64,000 bases of DNA from Gekko japonicus (lineage: Eukaryota): contig NW_015164200.1 of assembly GCF_001447785.1 (NCBI RefSeq), forward strand, positions 497,764 through 561,763, written 5' to 3'. Positions 49,335 to 62,022 of this stretch are shown here, one piece after another (the stretch's first letter is position 1; every line of letters starts with the position of its first letter). Both the position numbers and the translations under genes were made by a program. The notes beneath the pieces are model-generated. The model was not told where the DNA came from. It saw nothing but the letters and a program-made list of their open reading frames with translations, and did not search any database.

Positions 49335-49762
49335 TAGGGTTGCCATTTCTGGCTTGGGAAATTCCTGGAGATCTGGGTGGTGCCTGGAGAAGTTAGAATT
49401 GGAGAGCAGTTCGGCAGGGATCAGTTCTGCCCTGTGAGGCTGCCATTTCCTCCAGGAGAAGTAGGGCTGCTATATGCCCACTGGTGGGAGGAGATTTCCC
49501 ACCCTCAGTGGATGGAGGGAGAAAACAGTTTTTAGAAATGCTGTCTGCAGTGGCATGATGTTACAATGTCACTTCTGGGGAATCGCAAGAAAGTCTGTGG
49601 TAAAATCATGATGTGCTGGGTGATTCGTAAAGGGGGCTTATTCCACTTCTAGGGGAAACCTGGGCCCAGCAACCCTAAGGAAAACTGATCTCTGTAGTCT
49701 AGAGATCAGTCAGTTGTAATTCTGGGAGAACTCCAGGCCCCAACTGGAGGTTGCCAGTTGTA
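49335..49762 (+). mobile_element. TAGGGTTGCCA-family MITE with a nested related MITE (49462-49677)
   Basis: Core is split at ctccaggagaa|ctgatctc; nested TIRs tagggctgct/agcaacccta; imperfect TSD aggagaag/aggaaaac. Confidence 0.75.
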
Positions 49763-50078
49763 GGAGTTTCCTGTCCAGGCTATGAGGAATGCAGATTTCA
49801 TGGGGAATTCTCAACCCCCTCTTCCCAATGGAGAATGCCTAATAGAGCCTAGGGCTTTCCTGCACAGTCAACTTACTCCTGATTTTCCTGGGAGTAGATC
49901 AACAAGTACTGGAAGCAGGTTGGGCATGGCTGTTCCACATGTTTGCACTCCCTCTGCATATTCACAGTTGTGGAGTTAGTTTATTTTATTGTACATATGC
50001 CTTCAATAATGAGGATTTTCAGAGAAGGTTGCTGGTGGTGGTGGTGTCATCAGTAGCATTACAGCAACCCCCCCCCCC

Positions 50079-50302
50079 TTAAAGACACTAAAATATCAAG
50101 ATATTGGTGAAGCTTTGTAACAATAGGCTTAGGGGGGTTTCTGAATTCCCAGCTTTCATTTTTAAAAAAGATATGTCTTTTTCATATCTTCACAAGAGAC
50201 ATACCTTTAAAAAAAATGAAAGCTAGGAATTCAGAAAACCTCCTAAGCCTATTGTTACAATGCCACAGTGATCAGATGTATTGATATTTTAGTGCTGTTT
50301 AA
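50079..50302. repeat. Long inverted repeat, probably the centre of a palindromic MITE (about 49850-50610)
   Basis: ttgtaacaataggcttagg...ttctgaattcccagctttcattttt pairs with aaaaatgaaagctaggaattcagaa...cctaagcctattgttacaa. Confidence 0.88.
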
Positions 50303-50844
50303 AAGAAAAAGAAATTGCTGATCGGGTGGGGGGGGGAGTTGTCCAGTCATTAAAAAGTGGAATGGGAGTGTGTGGAAGTGGGCAGGACAAAGAAAACTGA
50401 CCAAAACATTCTGCACAAGGAAAAATCCAACTCAAAATCAGCTTCCAGAAAAACGGCAGAGTAAAAGTGGTCTCAAAAAGAGGGGAAAGGAGGGGGGACA
50501 AAAAAACCAAAGTGAAAACCAAATGTACAAATGCAGAATCCAGGGGATCAACAGAAGCAGTATGGGGCCAGAACCAACAAAAAAAAAAGTCCAGCGTGGA
50601 AAGGCCCCTAGAAGATTTGCCTTCATAGTTCATAATCTATAGGCATTCTCTTGCTTCATTTTAATTAACCATTTAATAATTGGACACCAGTTATGGGGAA
50701 AGGTCCATCTGTTGCTAGGTAAATTAGTTCCAAAAGTAGTAAATATGGCCACGGATAAGGTTGCCAGACCCCCTGGTGCCAGAACCCCACCTCCAAGCCC
50801 AAACACCCGCAGCCACCCTCTCTCCCTTCTCTCGTGATCAGGCA

Positions 50845-50917
50845 GGGCCCTTTCCCACTGGCTGGCTGCACTTAAAGGGGGTCCCTTTAGGTGCAGGCAG
50901 CCAGCGGGAAAGGGCCC
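50845..50917. repeat. 73-nt near-perfect hairpin within a MITE remnant starting at about 50756
   Basis: 35-bp arms with 3 differences and a 3-nt loop. Confidence 0.9.
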
Positions 50918-51214
50918 CATGCGCCCTGCAGCTCACAACCAGCAGGACCATCCCCACGGGGGTGGTCGTTGGAGCCAGGACATCCTCAATGTGGCAAGAG
51001 ATGTTCCTTATAAGCAGCTCCCACCAACCATGTTATTGTAGTATTATGAACCAACTGATGCTTCTGAACAGCCTTCAAACTCAGGCCCACCTAGTACTCA
51101 TTGCAGCTGTCTAACTTGGGTGTCATTCAAACATGGACAACTGTGGCCAGATCTTGCTTTGCATGGAAGTTGTTACACCAACTGAGGTCGGTTAAAGGCA
51201 CTGTCACATAGGAT

Positions 51215-51556
51215 CAGGGGTCATTTCGTAGAAAAAGAGCTAGGGAAACTCATTAGCATAACTCATTAGCATATGCCACACCCCCTGACATCAGGGGCCC
51301 GGCGGTGGACCTGCAAGGCCAGCGGGAGTGCGAGGAAGCCCCGCCAAGGCCCTCCCTGGCCCCAGGCAGGCAGGGGTGGGGAGAGGCGGGGAGGAAGCAA
51401 CTTGCCCTCCCTCTTCTCCTGCCTCCTCCTGGCTGAATGAGGGCTGGAAGCGGGGCGGCCGGAAGCAGGGGGCGGGGCTTCGTCATGTGCCTTGCCTCCC
51501 TGCACTTCACCCGGGGGAACTGTGTTCCCCCGTGTTCCCCCTCGAAATGACCTCTG
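51215..51556 (-). mobile_element. hAT MITE with ATGCTAATGAG repeats
   Basis: TIR caggggtcatttcg/cgaaatgacctctg; perfect TSD cataggat. Confidence 0.9.
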
Positions 51557-51762
51557 CATAGGATAATTGAATGTTTATCTGCAGATGAAAATCTTATTCC
51601 CCAGGCTGTGAACATGCTCTTTTAGGAAGACTGAAATCCTGGCTGCATTCAACCATCTGGACTAAACTTTGTGACATGAATGTTTGTAACAAGAATGAGA
51701 CAGAAAGTTTTCCCCTACTCTCTTTCTCTGACATACTATGGCACTTGAAAACAGCCTGGTTT

Positions 51763-51984
51763 CAGGCAAGCCTGATCTCGTCAGATCATGGAAGCTAAGG
51801 AAATCCAACCCTAGCAAGTATTTGGATGGAAGACCTCCAAGGAATACCAGGGCCGGGATGCAGAGACAGGCAATAGCAAGCCAATTTCTCTGAAATGTCT
51901 AAGCCCCACTAGGGGTCACCAGAAATCAACCATCACTTCTAGGTGCACACACAGAGAAACATAAAAATACAAAAAGAAAAAAGT
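51763..51984 (+). mobile_element. 5S-derived SINE, A-rich-tail variant
   Basis: 5S head; (CA)n + A-rich tail; 14-bp TSD aaacagcctggttt/aaacggcctggttt. Confidence 0.85.
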
Positions 51985-52194
51985 AAACGGCCTGGTTTGA
52001 AAGAAACCATTAGATGAAAAACAAACCATGGTTTGTTCACTCGCATACATATTTGGATTATAAACCACAATTTAATCCTGGATTAGAATATTACATCTTT
52101 CAAATTATATGGAAGTAGAGGAGAGAGGGAATGTGAGATCCTGAAGATTTCCTGACTCATTCTCATCACAAACCAGCTGAGGTTTGTTCTAGAC

Positions 52195-52480
52195 ATCTAA
52201 ATGCAACCCCTGCCTGGAACAAGCTGCCTCTTTGCTCCCTGAAGAGCTAGACTATTGACCAACAGCACATCAGTCTTGTCTGGATTCAGTGTCTTGGCCC
52301 TGACCCAACCTATAGTTGCCTTCTCCACTGGAAAAGAGGCCCTTAAATAATCATGAAAGACGAGTAGGTGATCCAACACAGCTAAGATCCTGTTTTTTAT
52401 TGGGGAGGAGGGAATTGAGCCAAGCTGAATAACTGCCAGAATTAGCTGACACCAACATAACGGGTGGTTGGTCTTCTCCA
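52195..52480 (-). mobile_element. Highly decayed L2 RT-region fragments
   Basis: Translation contains GWVRAKTLNPDKTDVLLV. Confidence 0.55.
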
Positions 52481-54955
52481 TCTAACCATTACAAAGCATT
52501 ACACAGCTAAACATCTCTTTTATCTATTTCTCAGTTGGCAATTATATGTTGCTATTTGAAGAAAGGGTGCAATATCCATTTAAGTTGTGCACTTTTTACA
52601 TGCATGGAGAGAAAAGTTTTCTTTCATGAGAATTCTTCTATAATTAGCTATTGCTGCGTCTCCATCATTGGTGTTTTCCAAGTACCAGATATTTAGCTAG
52701 ACAACTAAATACACTTCAGAGGTCTGTGCAAACAGTCTTTGAAAAGACTTAGGAAATAATTTGCCATTCTAAACCCTGAGCCAAAAATGTGGTGTTTAAA
52801 AAAAATTAAAACCTGTGCTATAATTTTGCGAAGTAAACAAACTTTCTGCACAAGCTAACTATACTGTGGAACATGGTTACTTACACAGAAGGGGCTGTGG
52901 ATTTATTTCAGGGCCATAATTCAACATGCTGAGGGAAATTCTCCCAGATTCCAAGCCGTGCAAGATTGGGTCTGTAGCCAAATACATCAACCATTAAAAA
53001 AAAAAACCTGCTGGGGGAAATACAAGCCTTGTACTGTTAGTTAGGGGTAAAATGTGCACAGACTGGCTGGAGCCCCTTATAAAACAATAGGATCAAATTT
53101 TTCAATCAGGTTATCAAGCAATATTACATTCACAGAGCCTGCCAAGGAAAACGAGTATCTGAATCAAAGACAAAAACCTAGACAGGAAACAAATATGTTT
53201 TCATTTATCTTCTAGTAGAGCTTTTTTTTAAAAAATGTACCACATGAAGGAATATGACCATACTTTACAAGAAATCATTCCTAATTCTCCAGTTAACTGT
53301 GCTACAAACTCCACAGATGTGTTGTGTATTTTGCCTCCTCCACTCAGCTACATTCTAGGTTGGCATTAACACAGGTTCCAGAAGGGAACCACAAAGGACA
53401 ATTGATTTCACAAGTCTTTTAAAATCGCCATACTTATTTTGAAGATATTCTTTGGGGGGGAAATACTGTACATTATGTCTTGAATCCTAAGCTGGCTTTC
53501 CTCTTGCAGTAGGGCACTTCTGCTTTTGGAAGAACAGGAAGGCAATTTTTGCTGATTCTTTTGTCTCACTGTAGCCTTCCTCTTTGACCCCCATCACATT
53601 TCTCAGGGAATTTACAAAATAATTATACAAAATCAACACATGAATTTACAAAATCAGCATCATAAAGCACAGAATTTAAATGGCTGACAAATTTAAAATA
53701 AATAAGCAGGGGACCCATGAGCAACTCATGGCTGAGGGGGAAGTCCCTTACTCCTGCTGGTCCCCACTTCCTCCATATACTGGCACCTCCTCCTCTCCCT
53801 CCCCATCCCTCATCACCGCCTCCACCTTCTCCATCTTGTCACCGTCAACACTCCTCCCTCCTCCTCTATTTGCCATTGCGCTCCAAAGGCACCACAGTTT
53901 CCTTATCCTCCCCCCCACACTGCTTTCTTTCTCCCTCCCCCAGTCCTCCTGCTCTCATTTTCATCCTCTCCATTTGGCCACTCATGTTTTTAATGCCTGG
54001 TTGTATGGGGTTGCAAGGCAACACCAAGGTTCCAACTGTGATCTCGCAAGATCTCAGGTGGTTTTTTTAAAACAACAACAGTGTGTGTGCAGATGCACAC
54101 ATTATTCCTCCAGTTTGTGGACTTAAAAAAAAAACCCTCTCAATTCAACCCCCCCATACACACACTTTTCGGATTTTCCTGTAAATCTCCACTCTGTTGC
54201 TGGCCTCTCTGTGTGGATTTTCTGAATCCATGTTCAAAAGCCATGCTCTAAATCCATGTTCAGAGTTAGATACATAGATGTTTAAAAAATGAAAATTGGA
54301 ACCTTTTTCTCATCCATATTTTCTAAAAGATGGTCACGTGATTGTAAAAGCTTCAGTTAGGATAACTGTCTTGTCACTTTCCCATTTCATAATATGGATT
54401 CTTAGCAAATGCAGAAGACTTTTTGACATGTTTCTTTCTTGGACCATATCCGAAACTCAGAAGACTCTGGTTACTTTGCAGAGCCAATCAGTGTGTCCTC
54501 ACTCAACATTGGGAAGCAAACAAATTGTGAATGCCATTCCACTCTACAATAGCTGTCTTGACAGCCTCAGGATAGGATGTTCTGTGACACTGTCCTGAAG
54601 TGCTGTTTAACTGGAAGATTTTATGTTGAGGTTAAATTAATTCATGGTGAGTTTGATGCCCATTGAAGAAATTAAGATGTCTCTCTCTGGGACCAGTCAA
54701 GGAGTTTTATTACATCAAGGCATAATAAGCATTTTTGATGGTGCAATAAGATTACATCAGTCCTTTCTCTTAAAGCCAACCTTGTCTCTTCTTAGGTCGT
54801 ACACAGAGCTGGATTTATGCTCAAAGTACAGTTTAGAACCTCAGATTATGGGAAGCCTCTAAATACAAAATTAAGATTATCAAATTACCATTTTTTATAA
54901 TGTTGGGGGGGGGTCTCTCCTTAGCATGTCTTAATCTAGCCCTGGCCATATAAAT

Positions 54956-55387
54956 CAGGGGTGTCGAACTCATTTGTTATGAGGGCCGAACCTGACATAA
55001 ATGAGACCTTGTTGGGCTGGGCCATGTGTGTCATAAAATGTAATGCCAGGTAGTGGAGATATAAACTTTATAAAGGACACAAACACAAAGGTTTTTTTAA
55101 CTCAAAATAAAAACATGCTTAAAACATTAGCATTCTTGCAATATTTTGTTTATTTAACAGTGTCTGATAACTGACACCTCTTGCTCTGAATTATTGCATC
55201 AAAATGTCTGTGCTGTTGCAATCTTGAGTATGCTGTTCAGGTATGTATCTGTAAGCTATAAACCTACAATGATGCAGCAGCAGCAGAACTGGAAGAAGAA
55301 GCAGAAGACAGCCAGTTCCACTGTGGGCCTGATAGAAGCCCTCTAGGGGCCTGATCCAACCCCCAGGCCACATGTTTGACACCCCTG
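54956..55387. mobile_element. hAT (Charlie-type) MITE
   Basis: TIR caggggtgtcgaac/gtttgacacccctg; perfect TSD atataaat. Confidence 0.92.
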
Positions 55388-57249
55388 ATATAAATGGTTA
55401 CTAAGAAAAAATTGAGGACGGAAAAGGTGGTGTGGTCAGGCTGAAGGGCAGGTTCTAGTAAGCGAAGAAGGAAGGACCTAGAAACTAATTTGATCTCTGC
55501 TATCAATATATAAGGGAATAATTATAGAAGAAAACTCTGCATTTTACCTTTGATTCCTGAAGATCTGCTTCACCCACTGACAAGCCCCTGGCACGTCAGA
55601 TGAGCTGAACTGTTTATGAAGTCACTTTTTCTAGGGCCAGAGCCTGTCAAATCCCAGGCAGGTCTTTGTTACCTGAACTTTGGAGGGGGTTTAATATTTC
55701 AGTTTATTCTAGGATGTATTTTTCAGTTCCAGTCTCCTTCACCTCCAGCCGTGGAGGAGGCAGTTATTAATTCCCCATGCTTAATAATGTTATAAAATAA
55801 AATGAAAAGCAACATACGGTCATCATTTATACACTGGCACTGTTCCAATGTATGTGGTCTCTGCATGTTGTAGTCCAAGTTTTATCCACCACCACCCCCA
55901 GGGTAAACATGATGGGTTCCTCCCCCTCCCCAAGTTTACTAAACTGTTTGCATCAATAAAATGCCCCATGGTGAAACTGAGATTTTTTAAAAAGCTGTTA
56001 ATCTCACCTCACAGCTTTCCCACACAGATAGTTTTCTTCTGTCCCTCATTTTTTATCTTTATGACACTATGTACTGTGAGTTAAGCTGTCTGAAAAAGGC
56101 AGGTTTCAGCTGTCTGGTGAAGCAGTTAGGAAGGGAGTGTGCAAGTAATGTTGTTTCAAGCCTTATCTTTGATTTGTGCCAAGTTGATGAAGACTTGAAA
56201 GCTGCAGTCCTAAATTTAGAAGTAAATGCCATTGAAGTCAATGGCATTTACTTCTACATAAACATAAGCCAGAATCCCAACAAACAGACAAGTGTGTCCA
56301 TGTGCCCAAAGGTGTTTTGAGTTTGTGTTTTTCAAGGTACAATCCTCCCCCACACATCATATGGCAGATCATCTTGAAACACAGGGATGTTCATAAAGGA
56401 GATTGAATAAGATACCCTAGTGCTGTATCATAAAGACCAAAATCCTACTGAACATGTTAGTGTTCTTTGACATAGCACATATAGCTCTTTGGATCCAAGC
56501 CACAGTTAACTGTTTTGCAACTGTCAAGACAACCCCATATATATTGGATTGGTTTTGTAAATGGTGTTAGCTAGGTATGAGTCCTTACATGAAATGTATT
56601 CTCCACATGAGTATCCCCAGAAGAGAAATTACTTGTTGACACTAAAAGATTTTGCAAAGGGAATTCTGGAAAGTTGTTAGAAATTTTTTATAAGTAGGTG
56701 CCACTAAAGTGGATTGGAAAGAACTGTTTACGAAGTTGGGATGCAACGACACCTGACAACTTGAAGATAATGGGTTGGCAGTAGTGATGTGGCTTACTGA
56801 AACAGAATTTTTTTCCCAGAAAAAAATTCCAGTGCTATGTTTTTCCATGGAAAATTTTCCACCCCACAAATGTAAATATAGTTTATCTGTAGTTGTCAGA
56901 GCTGTTGTGCTGCAAATCAATCACGTTAGATGGGCTAAATGTGGGATATGAAGCATAGACAAAAAAACCCAGTGCTTGTACATGGTCCAGGCTTGTACAT
57001 GGTGAATTTGCCTTCTTTTGCTAACTGTTTAAATTTTGCTTACACTATTTATTTAAATTAAATATTTATTTAAATTAAATATTTATTTACATTTGAATTG
57101 GGAAATTTTCCAATTAAAATTTTTCCAGAAGCCCCCCATCACTGGCTGGATGCAATAACTCCATTCCAGCAACGTGGATCCCAAGCTCTATTCTTCTACT
57201 ACGTCTTTCTCCACTGAAGATAGTCAAGAAATCCTCAAGTTTTAATTGT

Positions 57250-57964
57250 AAAGTTTATTTTCATTTTCATATTAAAAACAAACATCCATATTACATACTT
57301 CATCAAATTCACTTATGGAGTCTTATTCATCCACATTAATCCACTTATACAGACGCTTCCATCTTTCCATAAATACTTTTTCATCCTTTCCTTGAAGGAT
57401 TAAGCTTAACTTATCCATCTCTGCTATCTCTAGTAACCTATCAACTAGGTCATCCAGTTTTGGTATATATTCTTGCTTCCAGAATTTGACTAACAAAATC
57501 CTTGCAGATGTCAATATATAAATTATCAGGTATTTATCTTTCCATCTATAACTCTCTGGTAACATGTTTAGCAGTACTACTTCAGGGGATAGCACTATTT
57601 TAATCCTAGTTATATCTTGAATTGTTTTCTGTACCATCCTCCAAAACTCTTGTATTTTTGCACATCGCCACCACATATGATAAAATGTACCTATGTTATT
57701 TCCACATTTCCAGCAATTCCTAGAAAGTGTTGGGTTACATTTGGCTATCCTATCTGGTGTCCAATACCACCTATGATACATTTTATAAATATTTTCTTTG
57801 TAGTTAACACTTCTCATGAACATTATCGACTTCCATGTTTTTCCCCAACTTTCAACATCTATCTTATGCCCTATATCTTTTTCCCATACCACCATTACAT
57901 TGTTAGTTACATCTTTCATCCGTTCTTCCAGGAGATATTTATATAATCTCTGTATCATCAAAAA
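57250..57964 (-). mobile_element. 5'-truncated L1-clade LINE (ORF2 C-terminus)
   Basis: ORF 57323-57961(-) has WEKD, HRWYWTP and the CWKC-x8-HMWWRC zinc knuckle; AATAAA at the 3' end; 13-bp TSD aagttttaa(t/c)tgt. Confidence 0.92.
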
Positions 57965-58149
57965 AAGTTTTAACTGTTATTCTAAGCCACCTTCAAACAT
58001 GAGGAAAGGAGGGATATGAATGTTTTAATAAAAATGGAAGAAACAGCTCTCTTTTTACATTTTGGTACACCCTCCCAGTTGTAGGCAACATCCAATTTCC
58101 AGTATGTGTTGTCTGCACAGCTAGATCACAGGTTATCTCCTGAGATGTA

Positions 58150-58798
58150 TAGGGATGGGCACGAACTAAATTACAAACTGAATTTCATGACAATCCAGGC
58201 CAGGTCATGTGATTGCAAACCACAACTCATGCAATCGCACCGTTTGCGTACTGCCACTGTATGGTTTTTGCAGTGGCGGTTCATTTGGTTCATAAGAGGG
58301 TTTGTGGGCCAGACATGCTGGTGCCCAAGGCAATGGTTGGGAACCTTTTAAAGCCACGTGACTCGTCAGTGAGCCCAGAAGGCATTAAAATGCCTTCTGA
58401 TTTCACTGGCAAGTCATGCTGCCACTGTGGCGCAATGCAAGTGAGCTCGAAAGGCATTTAAATGCCTTCTGAGTTCACTTGTAAGAGCTTCTGCGGCTTC
58501 CTCAGAGGAGAGAGAAAGGCATCACTGAACTGGCTTGCATCTATTAGATACAAACCAGTTCAGCAATGCCTTTGGCTCCCCCCCCCCGGAAGCAAGGGGG
58601 AGCAAAAGGGATTGCTGACCTGGCATGCACCTAATAGATGCAAGCCAGTTCAGCAATGTCTTTGGCTCCCTCCACCCCACGCTTAGAAGCTGAACGAACC
58701 TCAGAAACCTGAATCCGTTAGGTTAATACAAAAGTTCATGATGGTTCACAAACCATGAACCACCACGAACCTCAATTTTCCCGGTTCTTGCCCATCTC
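58150..58798. mobile_element. TAGGGATGGGC-family hAT-like element with internal serial hairpins
   Basis: tagggatgggcacgaac / gttcttgcccatctc termini; related to 1118-1541. Confidence 0.75.
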
Positions 58799-60529
58799 AG
58801 ATGCCAGTTTTTCTGAATATGTAAGTTGCAGTGGATGTACCGAATTTGGTGAATGTTTGCTTGGCAGTTGGATGTTAATAATGCTGTATGAGTTTTGTGA
58901 GAACCTCAAAACAAAAGCACGTTTTCCCTACATACAGCGGAGAATGCATACAATTATATTTAAATAATGAACACTTACTGGTATTTCTCTCACTAGATTG
59001 TCAGTATTGAACATGTGGATCCCGCTGACATCCACTAAACATCAGGGATTTACTGTAAAACAGAAATGCAGTTGTGTCATTCAAAAAGTTTTACTGTGAA
59101 TGAAACTGTTCTCGTTCTCTTTTTTTCTTTACTGTAATCGGCATCAAATAATGTCACCTCAGAAGAACAGTAGTCCCACTTGCTTAGTAACAACTTTATA
59201 TTTGAGTTGCTTATAAGAGCTTTTTTTAGCCGTAGAAAGTAATGGCCATCTAGATAAAGACATTCTCTTGCTAAAAGAATTCATTTTGCTTAATCCTTTT
59301 GAAATTAGGAGATGATAGGGAGAGATGAGTAATGAAGTGCACTCTCTGATTGTGAGTTACCTAATAGATAACCACAGGGGTTACTTTCCTCTCACCAGCT
59401 GTAATTACACTAATTACTGATATGGTGCTAAGGCAGATTGAGTGTGACAACACAAAATGGAGTGTTTCTTAGCAACACAAGATTCCCTCCCTCCCCACAT
59501 TGCTTGGGAAAAAGAAGTTTAAACTAGAATAGATTGGGCTTTCTGGGGCAGGGGGGTGTTAGGCAGCCCACCTGAGTATAGATTTGGAGAGGGGGCTCTT
59601 CTGAAAAATTTGTTGGAATAGTTTTGTTTAAATTCTATCCATCATACTGAGAGTTCTGATCCTTCAACTTTCAAGTCAAGTGAACATCCTTTCTCTCATA
59701 AGCACAGCTATTTAAATATGAGCAGTTTACTCTTAAGATCAGTGTACAGCTAGATGAGCATGGGAAACATATTCTATCTATCATCTCGCCGTTCTTTCTC
59801 ACGGTTTTGATCCTGCCCTTACTCCAAGGTGCTTAGTGCATCATTCATGCTTTTCCACTCTTCCATTTTATCCCCCAACCACCTCATGAGACAGGTTGAG
59901 CCAAGAAACAATGACCGGGTCTTAGTTACATGCACAGTTTCATAGCTGCTTGGGGATCCGAACCCAAGTCTCCCACACACCATTCATTCAGGTACTACTG
60001 TCAGGCCCTGCTCATCCTTTCCAGTGTTGGTTGCTTCAGTTTATTATTCATATATATATATTAATCTAGTGGTTGAACTTGTGTTGAACAATACTGTATA
60101 AAGAAGCTTCTGTACAAATATATGTTTTTAATTAAATATGCAAAGTAGAAGTTATATTCCTCATCTTTTATATTGCACTTGCATATAAAGATGTCTGAGT
60201 CTGCCAATTGATATCAGTGACAAGGAAGGACTCAGTTTAACCTTACTTTTCAAGTGGAAAACTGAGGACTGAAGATAGCAGCTTGGCCCCGACTACATGT
60301 CGTAACTCCACAGCAGAGGTCTCCCCACCCTGAAAACAGGTGATCAGAAATGTCATAGCTGACCGGCACAGTTTCTTCAGAATCTGAGCCAGCAAGAGAA
60401 ATGTCATGGGCAGTCCATTGTGTCTGGATGAAGGGATCCTTAATGGAGGTATACACACATTTACATGCAAGGATCTACCAATGCCATCTGCCCATGAAAT
60501 ACTGTTTCTACTCACAGATTGGTCTTGCA

Positions 60530-60720
60530 TAGGGTTGCCAGCCCTGGGTTGGGAAATTCCTGAAGATTTGGGGTGGAGCCTGCAGAGACTGGGGCTAGGG
60601 TAGAGGAGGGACCTCAGCAAATCACTGAGTCTGCCCTCCAAAGTATCCATTTTCTGGAATCTGGAGCCCAGTGGTAATTCTGGGAGATCTTCAGGCCCCA
60701 CCCGGAGGTTGGCAGCCCTA
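60530..60720 (+). mobile_element. TAGGGTTGCCA-family MITE
   Basis: TIRs; similar flanks ggtcttgca/gatcttgca. Confidence 0.82.
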
Positions 60721-61673
60721 GATCTTGCAAGATTAAGGTAGAGTATTTCATCCAACATATAATTCTGCCCTTGAAATAGTAAGATACCTAACACTTGGGT
60801 TGTCAGGAAGAATAAAAGAAAAAGCAACAAAAAGGCAAGATTAATCTAATGCAGTTGCATATGTATATAATTGTTGAACAAGTGATCATGAATAACAGAC
60901 TAAATGATGCTTGTAAATTCCTCTTTATTCTCCTGAGATTTTTTTTATATATAAAAAGAGGTAACTCTTGGAAAAATCTCAGAGGAAACGTTCTGAAAAT
61001 GACTTGCACATTTTGTCCAATGAGTGACTATCAAATTTCAAGATTTATAGGGGGAATGTTTTAAAACAAAGGCTCCTCTTTCTCCATAGGATTGCTCTAT
61101 CATTTGTTTCAAATTCCCTGGACGCCCCCACCCCCCTTCTATTATAATATTTCTTAAGGAACTCAATGGTTAGAAGGTTTCACGTGCAAAACACATACAT
61201 ACGCATAACCCTGTCTGATAAATGGTTTAAAAATACAGCTTCAATGTGTCGAATATTTTCATGAAACACATCTGTATCCCATTAGCCCTTTGCATGGTAA
61301 CTCAAATTGCCACTGTAACCAACCAATGTTACACAATCCAGAACAATACATTTGAAATATGTTTTCTAATAATAATATTTGCATCTTTCTCCAAGGAGCT
61401 CTGAGTGGGAACTCATTTTATCCTCATAGCAATCTAGAGAGGGCTGTGAGGGATGTGAGACAGTAAATGGCCCAATGTCTGTCATCCAGTTAACTTTATG
61501 GATTGTGCAAAGATTTGAACTCAGGTGCCTCCAGCCTAAGCACTTCACCCCCTCTGGATCTCAGCTGTGTGGATTGATTCTCTCACTTGTAAGAGGGTTG
61601 GCTAGTGAATGCATAGCCAAATCCAACCATTCATTGAGAATGAATAGCGCAAATATTTTTTTCCTGTCTGTAA

Positions 61674-62022
61674 GGGAGCTGCGGTGGCTCAAGTGGTTAA
61701 GACGCTGAACTGCAGGCTGTGGAAGGTCAGTAGTTCAGCAGTTCGAGATCCAGGTACCGCATGATGGAGTGAGTTCCCATCTCTAGTTCCAGCTCCTGCC
61801 AACCTAGCAGTTCGAAAGCAAGAAATTGCAAGTAGATAAATAGGTACCACTTCGGTGGGAAGGTAACAGCGTTCCGTGCGCTTTGGTGTTTAGTCATGCC
61901 GGCCACATGACCACGGAAACATCTTCAGACAGCACTGGCTCTTCGGCTTTGAAACGGAGATGAGCACCGCAACCCTAGAGTCGGATTCGACTTGCTTTCG
62001 AGCAAGGGAACCTTTACCTTTA
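61674..62022 (+). mobile_element. Sauria SINE
   Basis: tRNA head, gcaagtagataaataggtaccac core, gagatgagcaccgc...gagtcgga, (ACCTTT)n tail. Confidence 0.92.

Noticed and set aside
53680-54126. 148-aa Ser/Pro/Leu-rich ORF
   Set aside because: Arises from a low-complexity pyrimidine-rich tract; no domain or splice support.
56069-56320. ORF containing DEDLKAAV as a possible AFF2 exon
   Set aside because: Chance similarity; no suitable splice sites.
57617-57946. + strand 109-aa ORF
   Set aside because: Antisense shadow of L1 ORF2.
60243-60830. 195-aa minus-strand ORF
   Set aside because: Runs through a MITE; no recognisable protein features.
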